Positions 9,575 to 17,673 of a DNA stretch of 41,826 nucleotides are shown piece after piece. The position numbers were made by a program, and so were the translations under genes. A model generated the notes under the pieces. It was given only the letters and a program-made list of their open reading frames with translations. It did not search any database and was not told the DNA's origin. Source of the stretch: Kiloniellales bacterium (GTDB taxonomy: Bacteria; Pseudomonadota; Alphaproteobacteria; Kiloniellales; J153); NCBI GenBank assembly GCA_036444495.1, contig JAZGBC010000150.1:1-41826 (forward strand), written 5' to 3'. The stretch's first letter is position 1, and every line of letters starts with the position of its first letter.

Positions 9575-10644
9575 TGTTCTTCCGACTTGTTTTCATCCGA
9601 GCTGCTTCCGCTCGCCGTCTGTTCACCGGGCTTCCGCACGTTGGGACCGGCGCCGGTCCCCGATGGCTGGGCGGTGAAGTCGAAGTTGAGCGAATCCATG
9701 CCGCCGAGGAGGCCACCGAGGAGGTTGCCGACCAGGCCCCCGATGCCTGCGCTTCCGACGCCGCCGCCCCGGTCGACCCGCACCGCCCTGACCTGACTTC
9801 CGCGCTGGACCACCACTGTCTGCTTGTTGTCTCGCCCCTGCTTCTTGGGCCCGGCAAGGAGACGGCTGGCCTCGGTATCCCAGGTGTGTGTGGTGCCGCG
9901 GGCCGGGTCGGGCTCGCCCAGGGGCTCGTCCGAGTTGGCCAGTCGCTCGAGCTCTTCCTCGTCCTTCGCCAAGCTGCGCAGCACGAGCGACAGTCTGCCC
10001 AGCTCGGTCACGACGGCCAGCATCTCGGCCTGCTTCGGCGTCACCTCCAGGGTGGCGTTCTTGCCGACTTTGGGTGAGTTCTTCTGGTCATTGATCCGGT
10101 GGTCGATGGCCAGGACGCGCACATTCGTGAGCACGGTTTCACTGGCCCGGCGCGTGCCGCTCGCGCGCTTGATCTTATGGGTCAAGATTATGTCAACCCG
10201 ATCGCCCGGGAAGACCAGACCGGAGATGCCCGAGGTGGCGTTGACCTTGATCGCCATGGCCCGGTAACCCGGCCGCAGCACGGCGGCCAGGAAGCCGCGC
10301 TCACCAGGCTGGATGATGCGGCCGACAGTGATCGGCTCGCCCGCGGTGATGCCCCGGCGCACGACCGAACCGATGAGCTCCTTCTGGTCCTGCTTGCCCT
10401 TGACCATGTACTTGGGATGCAGCTTTTCGTCCGGCCAGGCTTGCCAGGAGATGTGGTTTTCCTTGAGGAAAGTGCCGCTCGGCAGGTTTTTCTTCGCCAC
10501 CAGGACATAGGTCGCCTTGGGCGCCGGCGCCTCGGGAGCCGCGACCTGGACGCGCTGACTGTTGATCCAGCTGCGCGCCACCAGGCCGGTTCCCGCGGTG
10601 ATGAGAACGGCCGCCAGGATAAGGATTATATTTCGCACCGACAT
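9571..10644 (-). CDS. cpaB: Flp pilus assembly protein CpaB/RcpC
   Basis: N-terminal TM helix, SAF domain (VLVAKKNLPSG), PGYRAMAI.V....GISGLVFPGDRVDIILT, VLTNVRVLAID, TLEVTPKQAE.L. Confidence 0.93.
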   Translation of the reverse strand: MSVRNIILILAAVLITAGTGLVARSWINSQRVQVAAPEAPAPKATYVLVAKKNLPSGTFLKENHISWQAWPDEKLHPKYMVKGKQDQKELIGSVVRRGITAGEPITVGRIIQPGERGFLAAVLRPGYRAMAIKVNATSGISGLVFPGDRVDIILTHKIKRASGTRRASETVLTNVRVLAIDHRINDQKNSPKVGKNATLEVTPKQAEMLAVVTELGRLSLVLRSLAKDEEELERLANSDEPLGEPDPARGTTHTWDTEASRLLAGPKKQGRDNKQTVVVQRGSQVRAVRVDRGGGVGSAGIGGLVGNLLGGLLGGMDSLNFDFTAQPSGTGAGPNVRKPGEQTASGSSSDENKSEEQ

Positions 10645-10648
10645 AGCT

Positions 10649-11155
10649 TCAGTTTAACCTTAACAACGTAAACGCCACGTAAAGCCCGCCCACACCGATG
10701 GCGGCGCCATAGGGCATGGGCTGGCTGCCGAAATCCGGGTCGCTCCCGACCTGAAAGATCATGCTCGGGACCGGCGCCCTGGAGATCCGGTGATGGAGCC
10801 AGAGAAAGGCCACGATCACGCCGCCGGCCAGGGTCGTCAGAACGGTGTAGGGGAGGACCATGTCCGGACCGGCCCAAAGCGCGGCCGCGGCAAAGAGCTT
10901 GGCGTCACCCCCGCCACAGATGCGAAAGGAAAAGAGCAGAAAGCCCAGGGCCAACAGGCCGGTGGCGATGCTGAAGGACATGAGCCAGGCCACCGGCTCC
11001 GGCGCCGAGAGGACGTAGGCCGGATAGAGAAGGCCAATGGCCAGGCACAGCCGGTTCGGCACCGTGAAGGACAGGATGTCGCTCACGGACGCGGAAAAGA
11101 GCAATACCGCGAATGAAAGAATCGCTATGCCCGAGACGATCGCGGAGGCATCCAT
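10649..11155 (-). CDS. cpaA: Prepilin peptidase CpaA/TadV (A24 family)
   Basis: A.VSDI.SF.VPN, GGGDAKL.AA, MPYGAAI; start may be ATG 11155 or GTG 11170. Confidence 0.92.
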   Translation of the reverse strand: MDASAIVSGIAILSFAVLLFSASVSDILSFTVPNRLCLAIGLLYPAYVLSAPEPVAWLMSFSIATGLLALGFLLFSFRICGGGDAKLFAAAALWAGPDMVLPYTVLTTLAGGVIVAFLWLHHRISRAPVPSMIFQVGSDPDFGSQPMPYGAAIGVGGLYVAFTLLRLN

Positions 11156-11177
11156 CGGTTCCAATCGCACTGACTAG

Positions 11178-11220
11178 AAAAATAGGGGCCGGAGGCGAAA
11201 TGCACCCCGGCCCCTTTTTT
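11178..11220. terminator. Rho-independent terminator (possibly bidirectional) between flp and cpaA
   Basis: AAAAAT-AGGGGCCGG-N14-CCGGCCCCT-TTTTT; on the minus strand the stem is followed by ATTTTT. Confidence 0.8.
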
Positions 11221-11280
11221 CAGGTTTATTGGAGACGGCTCCCTAGAAAAGGGGCTCATCCCATTATTGTTCTTTCGGGT

Positions 11281-11469
11281 TTAGCTGCCGGAGGCCGCAA
11301 CCGCGTTGGTCAGCTCGTTAGCCACCGTCCCGAACAGGGTCTTCAGCGAGTTACCCATGGCGGTCAGAGCGCTAATAGCGGCGACCGACACGAGCGCGGC
11401 GATCAAGCCATACTCGATGGCGGTCGCGCCCGACTCGTCGCTGCAGAAATTCTCAAAACGCTTCAACAT
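11281..11469 (-). CDS. flp: Flp family type IVc major pilin
   Basis: DESG|ATAIEYGLIAALVSVAAI Flp motif; AAGGAG RBS upstream of ATG 11469. Confidence 0.96.
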   Translation of the reverse strand: MLKRFENFCSDESGATAIEYGLIAALVSVAAISALTAMGNSLKTLFGTVANELTNAVAASGS

Positions 11470-11528
11470 GAACGTTCTCCTTGTGTACAGCGCATCATCA
11501 TCAGATACCATTATTTAAAGGAAATACC

Positions 11529-11543
11529 TTAATAAAAAGTAAA
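11529..11543. promoter_or_regulatory. CtrA-like site upstream of flp (one mismatch)
   Basis: TTAA-taaaaag-TAAA versus consensus TTAA-N7-TTAA; AT-rich context, so a chance match is possible. Confidence 0.4.
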
Positions 11544-11770
11544 AGAACAACAGAAAGACAATCGCTTCGATAAGTATTCAGACTGTATTTGCGTCGTATT
11601 TTATTTGTATTTGCTTTGAGATAGGAAAGATAAGTCTAAATTATTATTTACTCAGCTAGCTCTTGGGTGAGCTCGGATATCTTGCCCCAATCCCTGAGGA
11701 AGACTCGTATAACTAACTAATTTTAAAGATAAATCTTTACTTGCACGGACGGCAGACCGGCGCGGCCCGT

Positions 11771-12910
11771 TTAAGCCGCCGTAAAATCCGCACCCGGTTG
11801 GGTCGTTCCTACAGCGGGCGCGGCCCGCCGGCTGGCGGCCAGGGCGCGGCCCACGGCCCACCAGATGAGCCAAGTGGCCAGGATCGCCACGTAGCCGTCG
11901 ATGGCGTAATGCCAGCCCAGGTGGACCGAGCCGACCAGGAGCAGGACGAGGAACAAGCAGCTGGCGATCCTCAAGGCCCGGTGCAGGGGCCAAGCCAGTA
12001 GGACCAGCAGGAAGCCCATGGCGATGTGCAGGCTGGGCATGGCCGAGATGCCGGTGCCGATGCCCAGCCGGCCGTTCTCGTACTGTTCGAGCAGGTGGGC
12101 CTGGATAAAGGCCGAAGGCAGATAGGTATCCGCGGCCACCGAGTCCAGATAGGCCATCAGCGGCGCGAAGGGGTTGGGGTCGCCGGCGAAATAGCCGTAG
12201 TAGACCGGGCCCGCCGAGGACAGGACGGTGGCCAGGCCGTTGGCCAGCAGGATCCAGCAGAGCAGCGTGGTGAGCAGGACCTGGAGGCGCCGCGGGTCGA
12301 GCGTGAAGGTCTGCCAGAACAGCAGGAACAACACCACTGCGTACCAGGGCAAGGAGTAGGCGTGCGATATGAGCGTGGTCACGGTTGGCGACCCTAGGAG
12401 GGGCTGCAGCAGCTCCCAGGGGTGATAGCCGCCGTGGAGCACCCGGTCGATCTCGGCCAGCGTCGGATCCCAGCTGAAGGGCGCGATGAGCGGGATCATG
12501 CGTTTGAGCGAGGTCACCGCCGAGTGGACGAGCGGCAGCAGGAAAAAAGCGGGCAGAGCGCTCATGAGCCGGCGGGAGGTCAGGACTTGGCTTCTCAGGT
12601 CGTCCCAGACGAAGCGCAGCGGTCGGCTCGGCCGGTTCTTGGCGATAAGCCAGATGGCGCGTCCCAGAATCCAAGCAACGGCGAAGAACAGGTAGAGGAA
12701 CGTCTGGAACCCGCTATAGAGCGACAGGGTCACGCTCTGGCCGTGCCATCGCCCGATGGTGAAGGCCAGCAGCAGATAGCTCACCGCCAGGGCGATGAAC
12801 CAGCGTTGTTCGTGCAGGACGGCCAGGAACTCGGCGGCGGATCGCCAGGCTCCGCCCCGCGCTTGGGCCGCGCGTGTCGTATCGGGCAGGCTGGCTTGTG
12901 CTCCGGCCAT
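11771..12910 (-). CDS. PAP2 superfamily membrane protein (PAP2_3 / Aur1 inositol-phosphorylceramide-synthase-like)
   Basis: Multiple TM helices; WD..LA..D..LHGG..PW, SAGP.YY, ISAMPSLH (C2 motif), VHLGWHYAIDG (C3 motif); start ATG 12910 or GTG 12931. Confidence 0.85.
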   Translation of the reverse strand: MAGAQASLPDTTRAAQARGGAWRSAAEFLAVLHEQRWFIALAVSYLLLAFTIGRWHGQSVTLSLYSGFQTFLYLFFAVAWILGRAIWLIAKNRPSRPLRFVWDDLRSQVLTSRRLMSALPAFFLLPLVHSAVTSLKRMIPLIAPFSWDPTLAEIDRVLHGGYHPWELLQPLLGSPTVTTLISHAYSLPWYAVVLFLLFWQTFTLDPRRLQVLLTTLLCWILLANGLATVLSSAGPVYYGYFAGDPNPFAPLMAYLDSVAADTYLPSAFIQAHLLEQYENGRLGIGTGISAMPSLHIAMGFLLVLLAWPLHRALRIASCLFLVLLLVGSVHLGWHYAIDGYVAILATWLIWWAVGRALAASRRAAPAVGTTQPGADFTAA

Positions 12911-13060
12911 CTCTTCGCTCCCCTGCGGCACAGGGTTGTCCGCGCGCGGCCGCCGCCTTTGGCCGTGGGACCAGAATTAGTCAGGCCCGGTTTTCAAATC
13001 GTTAATGGCGCTTCGATTGGAGAGCGCGCGGCCCGGGATGGGACCGGCATGAAGAGCCGT

Positions 13061-13534
13061 CTAGTTGATCACCATGGTGGAGCTGCGCCCGAACTGGATG
13101 GGATCGATCGGCAGGAACCCGGTCATGAGAAACTCGTAGGGATAGCCCACCCGTACCGTCACGGTACCGCCTTCGACGTTGCTCGGGGCCCAGGTGACGT
13201 TGACGGTCAATTGCTTGCTGTCCAGCCCCGGCGCCCGGTTCTGGACGTAGGACTTCACGTCCGACTCGGTGGCGACCGTGGGCTTGCCCTGGCCGCGGAT
13301 GGCCGCGTAACGCGCGCCCTCGGCGGCGGCGTGCTCGATGGTGGAGTTGATCCACATGGCCCGCCCGAAATCCATCACGCCGAACATGATCAGAAAGAAG
13401 GCCGGGGCGATGAGGGCGAATTCAACGGCGGCCTGGCCGCTCCGGTCCCTCAGGAGTCGCAGTCCGCGGCTCAGGCGTTCGAGCATTCGCTGCAATCCTT
13501 TTCCATATCCCATCGGGCCCGTGGCTTTCCGCAC
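13061..13534 (-). CDS. TadE-like minor pilin
   Basis: RDRSG|QAAVEFALIAP...MFGVMDFGR...HAAAEGARYA; exact start uncertain. Confidence 0.9.
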   Translation of the reverse strand: MRKATGPMGYGKGLQRMLERLSRGLRLLRDRSGQAAVEFALIAPAFFLIMFGVMDFGRAMWINSTIEHAAAEGARYAAIRGQGKPTVATESDVKSYVQNRAPGLDSKQLTVNVTWAPSNVEGGTVTVRVGYPYEFLMTGFLPIDPIQFGRSSTMVIN

Positions 13535-13535
13535 C

Positions 13536-14045
13536 TCACCGTACCCGCATGGTGTTGGTCGAGGTGACCGGGCGCGGCGAGGTAATGCCCGTGTACTGGA
13601 ACAGGAGGGGCACGTTGTTTGTCACGGTGACTTCCACGTACATGATGGGAAAGATCGAATCGTCGCTGCCTCCGGTACACAGGCCCGTGCAGTCGACCGC
13701 GCCGCTATCGCTGCATACGCAGTACTGCCGGGCGCTGACATCGAGCGCGTTCTGATCGTCGCTGGCATCGTTGCGCGCCGCCTGTTCCATTCCCGCGGTG
13801 TCGGCGGCCACGGAGGAATTCTGCGCCCCGTACTGGGTACCGGCGCGCGCGGCGTTGGCCACGGTGATCTTCTGCAGCCCGAGATTGCCGAAATCGAAGG
13901 CGCCGAGTCCTAGGGATACCAGGATGGGCAGCACGAAGGCGAATTCGATCGCCACGTTGCCGCCCCGGACCCGGCGAAATGCCTCGATCGCCCGAAGGGG
14001 CGCGGCGGCGATGCGGGCCGACTTGCGAATTGTTTCTTTGAGCAT
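13536..14045 (-). CDS. TadE/TadF-like minor pilin
   Basis: RGG|NVAIEFAFVLPIL...GAFDFG...ANAARAGTQYG; Cys-rich loop YCVC...C...C; GGAGG RBS before ATG 14045. Confidence 0.9.
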   Translation of the reverse strand: MLKETIRKSARIAAAPLRAIEAFRRVRGGNVAIEFAFVLPILVSLGLGAFDFGNLGLQKITVANAARAGTQYGAQNSSVAADTAGMEQAARNDASDDQNALDVSARQYCVCSDSGAVDCTGLCTGGSDDSIFPIMYVEVTVTNNVPLLFQYTGITSPRPVTSTNTMRVR

Positions 14046-14076
14046 CGTTTGAGTCCCTCCGCACAAGGATCCGCGA

Positions 14077-15378
14077 TTACTCGATAAGCGTGGCTTCGAT
14101 CAGCAGCGGGTTCTGCAGGATCGGGGTGTCCTCGAAGCCGCCGATGTTCGTGTTGCCGACGAAAGTGACCGTGTCGGCGATGATCAGCGAGGTCGAGGTG
14201 TTGAGCTCCGACCCCCCCGAGAATCTGACGTCCTGGTTGGGGAAGTAGAGGATGCCCTCCAGGTTCATGGTCGAACCGCCCGAGAAGCTATGGGTTATGT
14301 TGCCCACCGTGTTGCGGTCGTGATAGAAAAGGATGCCGGGCATGTCGGCGTTGCCGCCGTCGGCCGTCAGGGTCACGGTGCCGCCGGTGATGTTGATGTT
14401 GTCCGCCGTGCCCGAGTTCTCGGTCAGATAGAAGTTGACGTCCGTTCCGGTCACCGTGGATGCGCCGCCGATGCTGAGACCGGCGCCGTCCAGGATGTAG
14501 AGGCCCGGGTCGAAGTCCAGGGTTCCGCCGTTGACGGTGATTTTGCCGCAGTAGTGACCCGGCGTGAGCGTCAGGGTATCGCCGGCGCCGAGACTGTAGT
14601 TGGTGTTGTCGGTGCAGCCGCCCGGCACATAGCTGCTCGGCGGGCCGAGCGATCCCAGCGGGTCGCTCACCGGCGTCACGCCGGTGACCGGCGTGGAGCC
14701 GAAGCAGTCGCCGGAAGCGCCGCCCACCACCCTGACCTCGGTCGCGTTCAGGCAGGAGGTCGAACCGTTCTCGACCACGCCGCTGGAATTGGACGAGTTG
14801 GAGAGCACGCCGCAGCCCAGGTTCACTTCGGAGGTACCGGAGACCTTGATGGCGCCCGAATCGGTCGAATTGAGCGACCAGACGCAGGTGTCGTTGAGGG
14901 CCGCCATGGCGACCGCGCGCGCCGAGATGGTGGGCGTGCCGCTGAAGACCAGCTGGCTCAGGAAGCTCTGGCTGGTCCGCGTGATGATCACCTCTACCGA
15001 ATCGGTCGAATCTTTGTTCGGACCCGAGGTGGGTGGATAGTAGATTGTGATGGTGTCGCCGTTGGCGTCGGTGAAGCCGTTGACGCCCGCATCAGCGGTG
15101 GCGGAGGCCAGGACCTCGCTCTCCACGCTGTTGGAGCGCAGTATCTGCAAGGCGCCGGAAATGGCGGCGGAATCGGCGGCGCTCTGCGCCATGCGCGCCT
15201 GCGAATACCAGATGCCCACATCGACCGACAGCCCGGCGAAGCCCAACAGCATGGGGGCCGCGATCGCGGTATAGACAAAGATGGTCCCGCGGCGGTCCCG
15301 CCAAAATCGGTGTAGATTGCGTCGTAGGATGCGATTGATCGCCTTCATCACCTGCACGCCTCTTTTCGCCTCTTCCAT
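14077..15378 (-). CDS. TadG-related pilin/adhesin (N-terminal Tad domain, Gly/Ser/Thr/Asn-rich C-terminal beta domain)
   Basis: RDRRG|TI..YTAI..P.LLGFAGLSVDVG..Y......Q.AADSAA..GA; C-terminal LTPGHYCG, FDPGLYILDG, GILF..DR, GILYFPNQ.V.FSG repeats; start 15378 or 15348. Confidence 0.87.
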   Translation of the reverse strand: MEEAKRGVQVMKAINRILRRNLHRFWRDRRGTIFVYTAIAAPMLLGFAGLSVDVGIWYSQARMAQSAADSAAISGALQILRSNSVESEVLASATADAGVNGFTDANGDTITIYYPPTSGPNKDSTDSVEVIITRTSQSFLSQLVFSGTPTISARAVAMAALNDTCVWSLNSTDSGAIKVSGTSEVNLGCGVLSNSSNSSGVVENGSTSCLNATEVRVVGGASGDCFGSTPVTGVTPVSDPLGSLGPPSSYVPGGCTDNTNYSLGAGDTLTLTPGHYCGKITVNGGTLDFDPGLYILDGAGLSIGGASTVTGTDVNFYLTENSGTADNINITGGTVTLTADGGNADMPGILFYHDRNTVGNITHSFSGGSTMNLEGILYFPNQDVRFSGGSELNTSTSLIIADTVTFVGNTNIGGFEDTPILQNPLLIEATLIE

Positions 15379-15491
15379 CGACTCCAGACCCCGTCCGGTC
15401 GATGCCGGATTTCATGGCAGGTGGCTGCCATTCACCCGCGATCGCCCGAGACACAACGGTCTTCCACGCACATGAATTATGCGAAAGCCGG

Positions 15492-15507
15492 GTTAAGGAC
15501 TCGTTTA
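15492..15507 (-). promoter_or_regulatory. CtrA-like binding site upstream of tadG, containing a GANTC site
   Basis: Minus strand reads TAAA-cgagtcc-TTAAC (one mismatch to TTAA-N7-TTAAC), followed 10 nt later by CATAAT; GACTC at 15498-15502. Confidence 0.6.
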
Positions 15508-15657
15508 GGATTGAAGTGGATTTAAGATTTATTCTTGCGGCTGGAATAATATTTCTAGTAATAACACCTATTGTTTACTTGCGGTTGGCGGGGCGGCTGT
15601 GGCGGTTCCGATTCCCGCGCAGGACGCCGGCCATGGCTATCAAAGCCTTAACGGGCT

Positions 15658-17628
15658 ATGCCCATACTCCCGCCCTCGAAACGCTGGCGCCCGGCCTCGA
15701 AACAGATACGGACCGAACCCTTGGCGTCCTCCGATAGTTCAGACCTAAGCACTCTTCGTCACAGCGGCGCACAATGGCGCCAGCTGGACGACGGCCAGGT
15801 GTTCGCGGCCGTGGCCATGGCGTTGTTGCTGGTGATCGTCATCCAGGTGGGCATGGTCCTGCGGGGCGACGCCTCGGTGCTCGATGGTGTACTGGCCGAC
15901 CCCGACGCCTACTTGCGCTTGGCCCGAATCGACCGTCTGGCGGAAACCGGCGCCTGGTTCGATTCGGTAGAGTCCCGGATCAACCCGCCCGGCGGCTTCG
16001 CGCTGCATTGGACCCGGCCGCTCGATGCCCTGATTCTCGGAGGGGCCTACCTGGGCAGCCCGTTCCTAGGCTTTGACAAGGCCTTGTTCTGGTCCGGCGC
16101 CGTCGTCAGCCCCCTGTTGCAGTTGCTCTCCCTGATCGCGCTCGTCTGGGCTAGCCGGCCGGTCCTGCCGCGCCTTTGCCGCTGCCTTCTGGCCTTCTTC
16201 TATGTGGCTCAGCCCGGCATCCTCGCCATGTTCATTATGGGCCGCGCCGATCACCACGGCCTGCTTATCCTGTGCTGTATCCTTCTGCTCGGCCTGACCA
16301 TCCGGCTGCTTCTGAATCCGGACGACCTGGGCAACGCCGTCTGGGCCGGGCTCGTTGCCGCCTTCGCGATTTGGATCAATGTGGAGGCGCTGCTCTTCGT
16401 CGTCGTGACCATAGCCGCGCTCGGACTGTTCTGGCTGCTGGTCGAGGCCCGGCTGGCGCGCGCCTGCCTGGTATATGCCGCGGCGATTTTGGCCAGTCTG
16501 GGCGCGGCCCTGCTGGCCGAACGAGGCGTTGCCGGCCTGGGTGACTATGAGATCGACCGGCTATCCATCGCCCACATCGTTCTGTTCGCCGCCAATTTCA
16601 TCTACTGGGCCGCGATGGACCTGGTGCAGCGGCGGGGCCGGGGATCATCGGCCCTGGGGCCGCGGGCCGTGTGGGCCGGGGCCGGCATTGCGGTGACCCT
16701 GGGCTTGTTGTGGTGGATGCACCCGGCCTTCTTCGCCGATCCCATGGCTCTGGGCGACGAGCTTTATCTGACCAAGCACATGGCCAATATCGAGGAGCTT
16801 CAGCCCCTGTTCGCAGCCCCCGGAGAGGGCGGGAGCTGGCCCAAGGCGCTGGCCAGGCCGGTCCTGTGGCTCGGTATCGCGCTGCCGGCGGTTCCCTGGT
16901 TGCTCCACCTGATGCACCGATCGCCGGGGCCGGAGCGCCGGGTCTGGGTCTTCTTCGCGCTCGGCCTGTTGCTGTTCACGCCGTTCGGCGTCCTGCATTT
17001 ACGCTGGGTCATGTATCCGGAGCTTTTTCTCGTGATTCCCTACGCGGCCCTGGCCGGGGCGTTGGTGGCCAGGCTTGCCGACGCCTTGAGCGAAAACGCG
17101 CTGAGCATCGTCCGGCCTCTTGTGATCGCGGGGTTGGCGATCTGGTTCTACGTCCCGACGTTTGCCACCCAGGCCGGCCCGCCGGTAGGCGCGTCGGAGC
17201 AAAGCGCCGTGAGCTGTCCGCTTCGCACCTTGGCCCCGGTCCTGGACGATCCGGCCGGCCTGGGCGCCGCGCCCAAGCGCGTCCTCGCCTTTATCGATTT
17301 CGGTCCCGAGCTGATCTACCGCACGAAGCATTCCGTCTTCGCTATCCCGAACCACCGGCGCCAGCCGGGCTTTACGCTGGGTTACGGGATCATGACCGCG
17401 ACCGACTTCGGCCGGGCGCGGGACGATCTGCTGCTGGCCGGCATCGATTTGATACTGATCTGTCCGGGGTCGGTCGAAGGCTGGTTCTATTCGACCGAGG
17501 AACCGGGCCGCACCCTGTACCAGACCCTGGCGGCCGATGAGCCGCCCGCCTTCCTCGAACCGATCGCCCTGCCCGGCGTCCTGGCCGAGCACTTTCGGCT
17601 GTTCAGCCTGCGCAAAAGCGCGGAGTGA
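15658..17628 (+). CDS. Polytopic GT-C fold membrane protein, STT3/AglB/PglB oligosaccharyltransferase-like
   Basis: About a dozen hydrophobic segments plus a soluble C-terminal domain; DPDAYLRL, LHWTRPLD, GRADHH, NIEELQPL and FIDFGPEL..RT.HSV.A.PNHR occur in the order of the STT3 motifs; true start may be downstream (about 15799-15818). Confidence 0.65.
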   Translation: MPILPPSKRWRPASKQIRTEPLASSDSSDLSTLRHSGAQWRQLDDGQVFAAVAMALLLVIVIQVGMVLRGDASVLDGVLADPDAYLRLARIDRLAETGAWFDSVESRINPPGGFALHWTRPLDALILGGAYLGSPFLGFDKALFWSGAVVSPLLQLLSLIALVWASRPVLPRLCRCLLAFFYVAQPGILAMFIMGRADHHGLLILCCILLLGLTIRLLLNPDDLGNAVWAGLVAAFAIWINVEALLFVVVTIAALGLFWLLVEARLARACLVYAAAILASLGAALLAERGVAGLGDYEIDRLSIAHIVLFAANFIYWAAMDLVQRRGRGSSALGPRAVWAGAGIAVTLGLLWWMHPAFFADPMALGDELYLTKHMANIEELQPLFAAPGEGGSWPKALARPVLWLGIALPAVPWLLHLMHRSPGPERRVWVFFALGLLLFTPFGVLHLRWVMYPELFLVIPYAALAGALVARLADALSENALSIVRPLVIAGLAIWFYVPTFATQAGPPVGASEQSAVSCPLRTLAPVLDDPAGLGAAPKRVLAFIDFGPELIYRTKHSVFAIPNHRRQPGFTLGYGIMTATDFGRARDDLLLAGIDLILICPGSVEGWFYSTEEPGRTLYQTLAADEPPAFLEPIALPGVLAEHFRLFSLRKSAE

Positions 17629-17673
17629 CGAGTCGATCCGATGAAGAAGGGCCACCCGGCCGGGCGGGTGGCG

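Noticed and set aside
10654-10664. TTAACC-TTAAC as a CtrA box before cpaB
   Set aside because: Half-site spacing is 2 rather than 7 nt and it lies in the last codons of cpaA.
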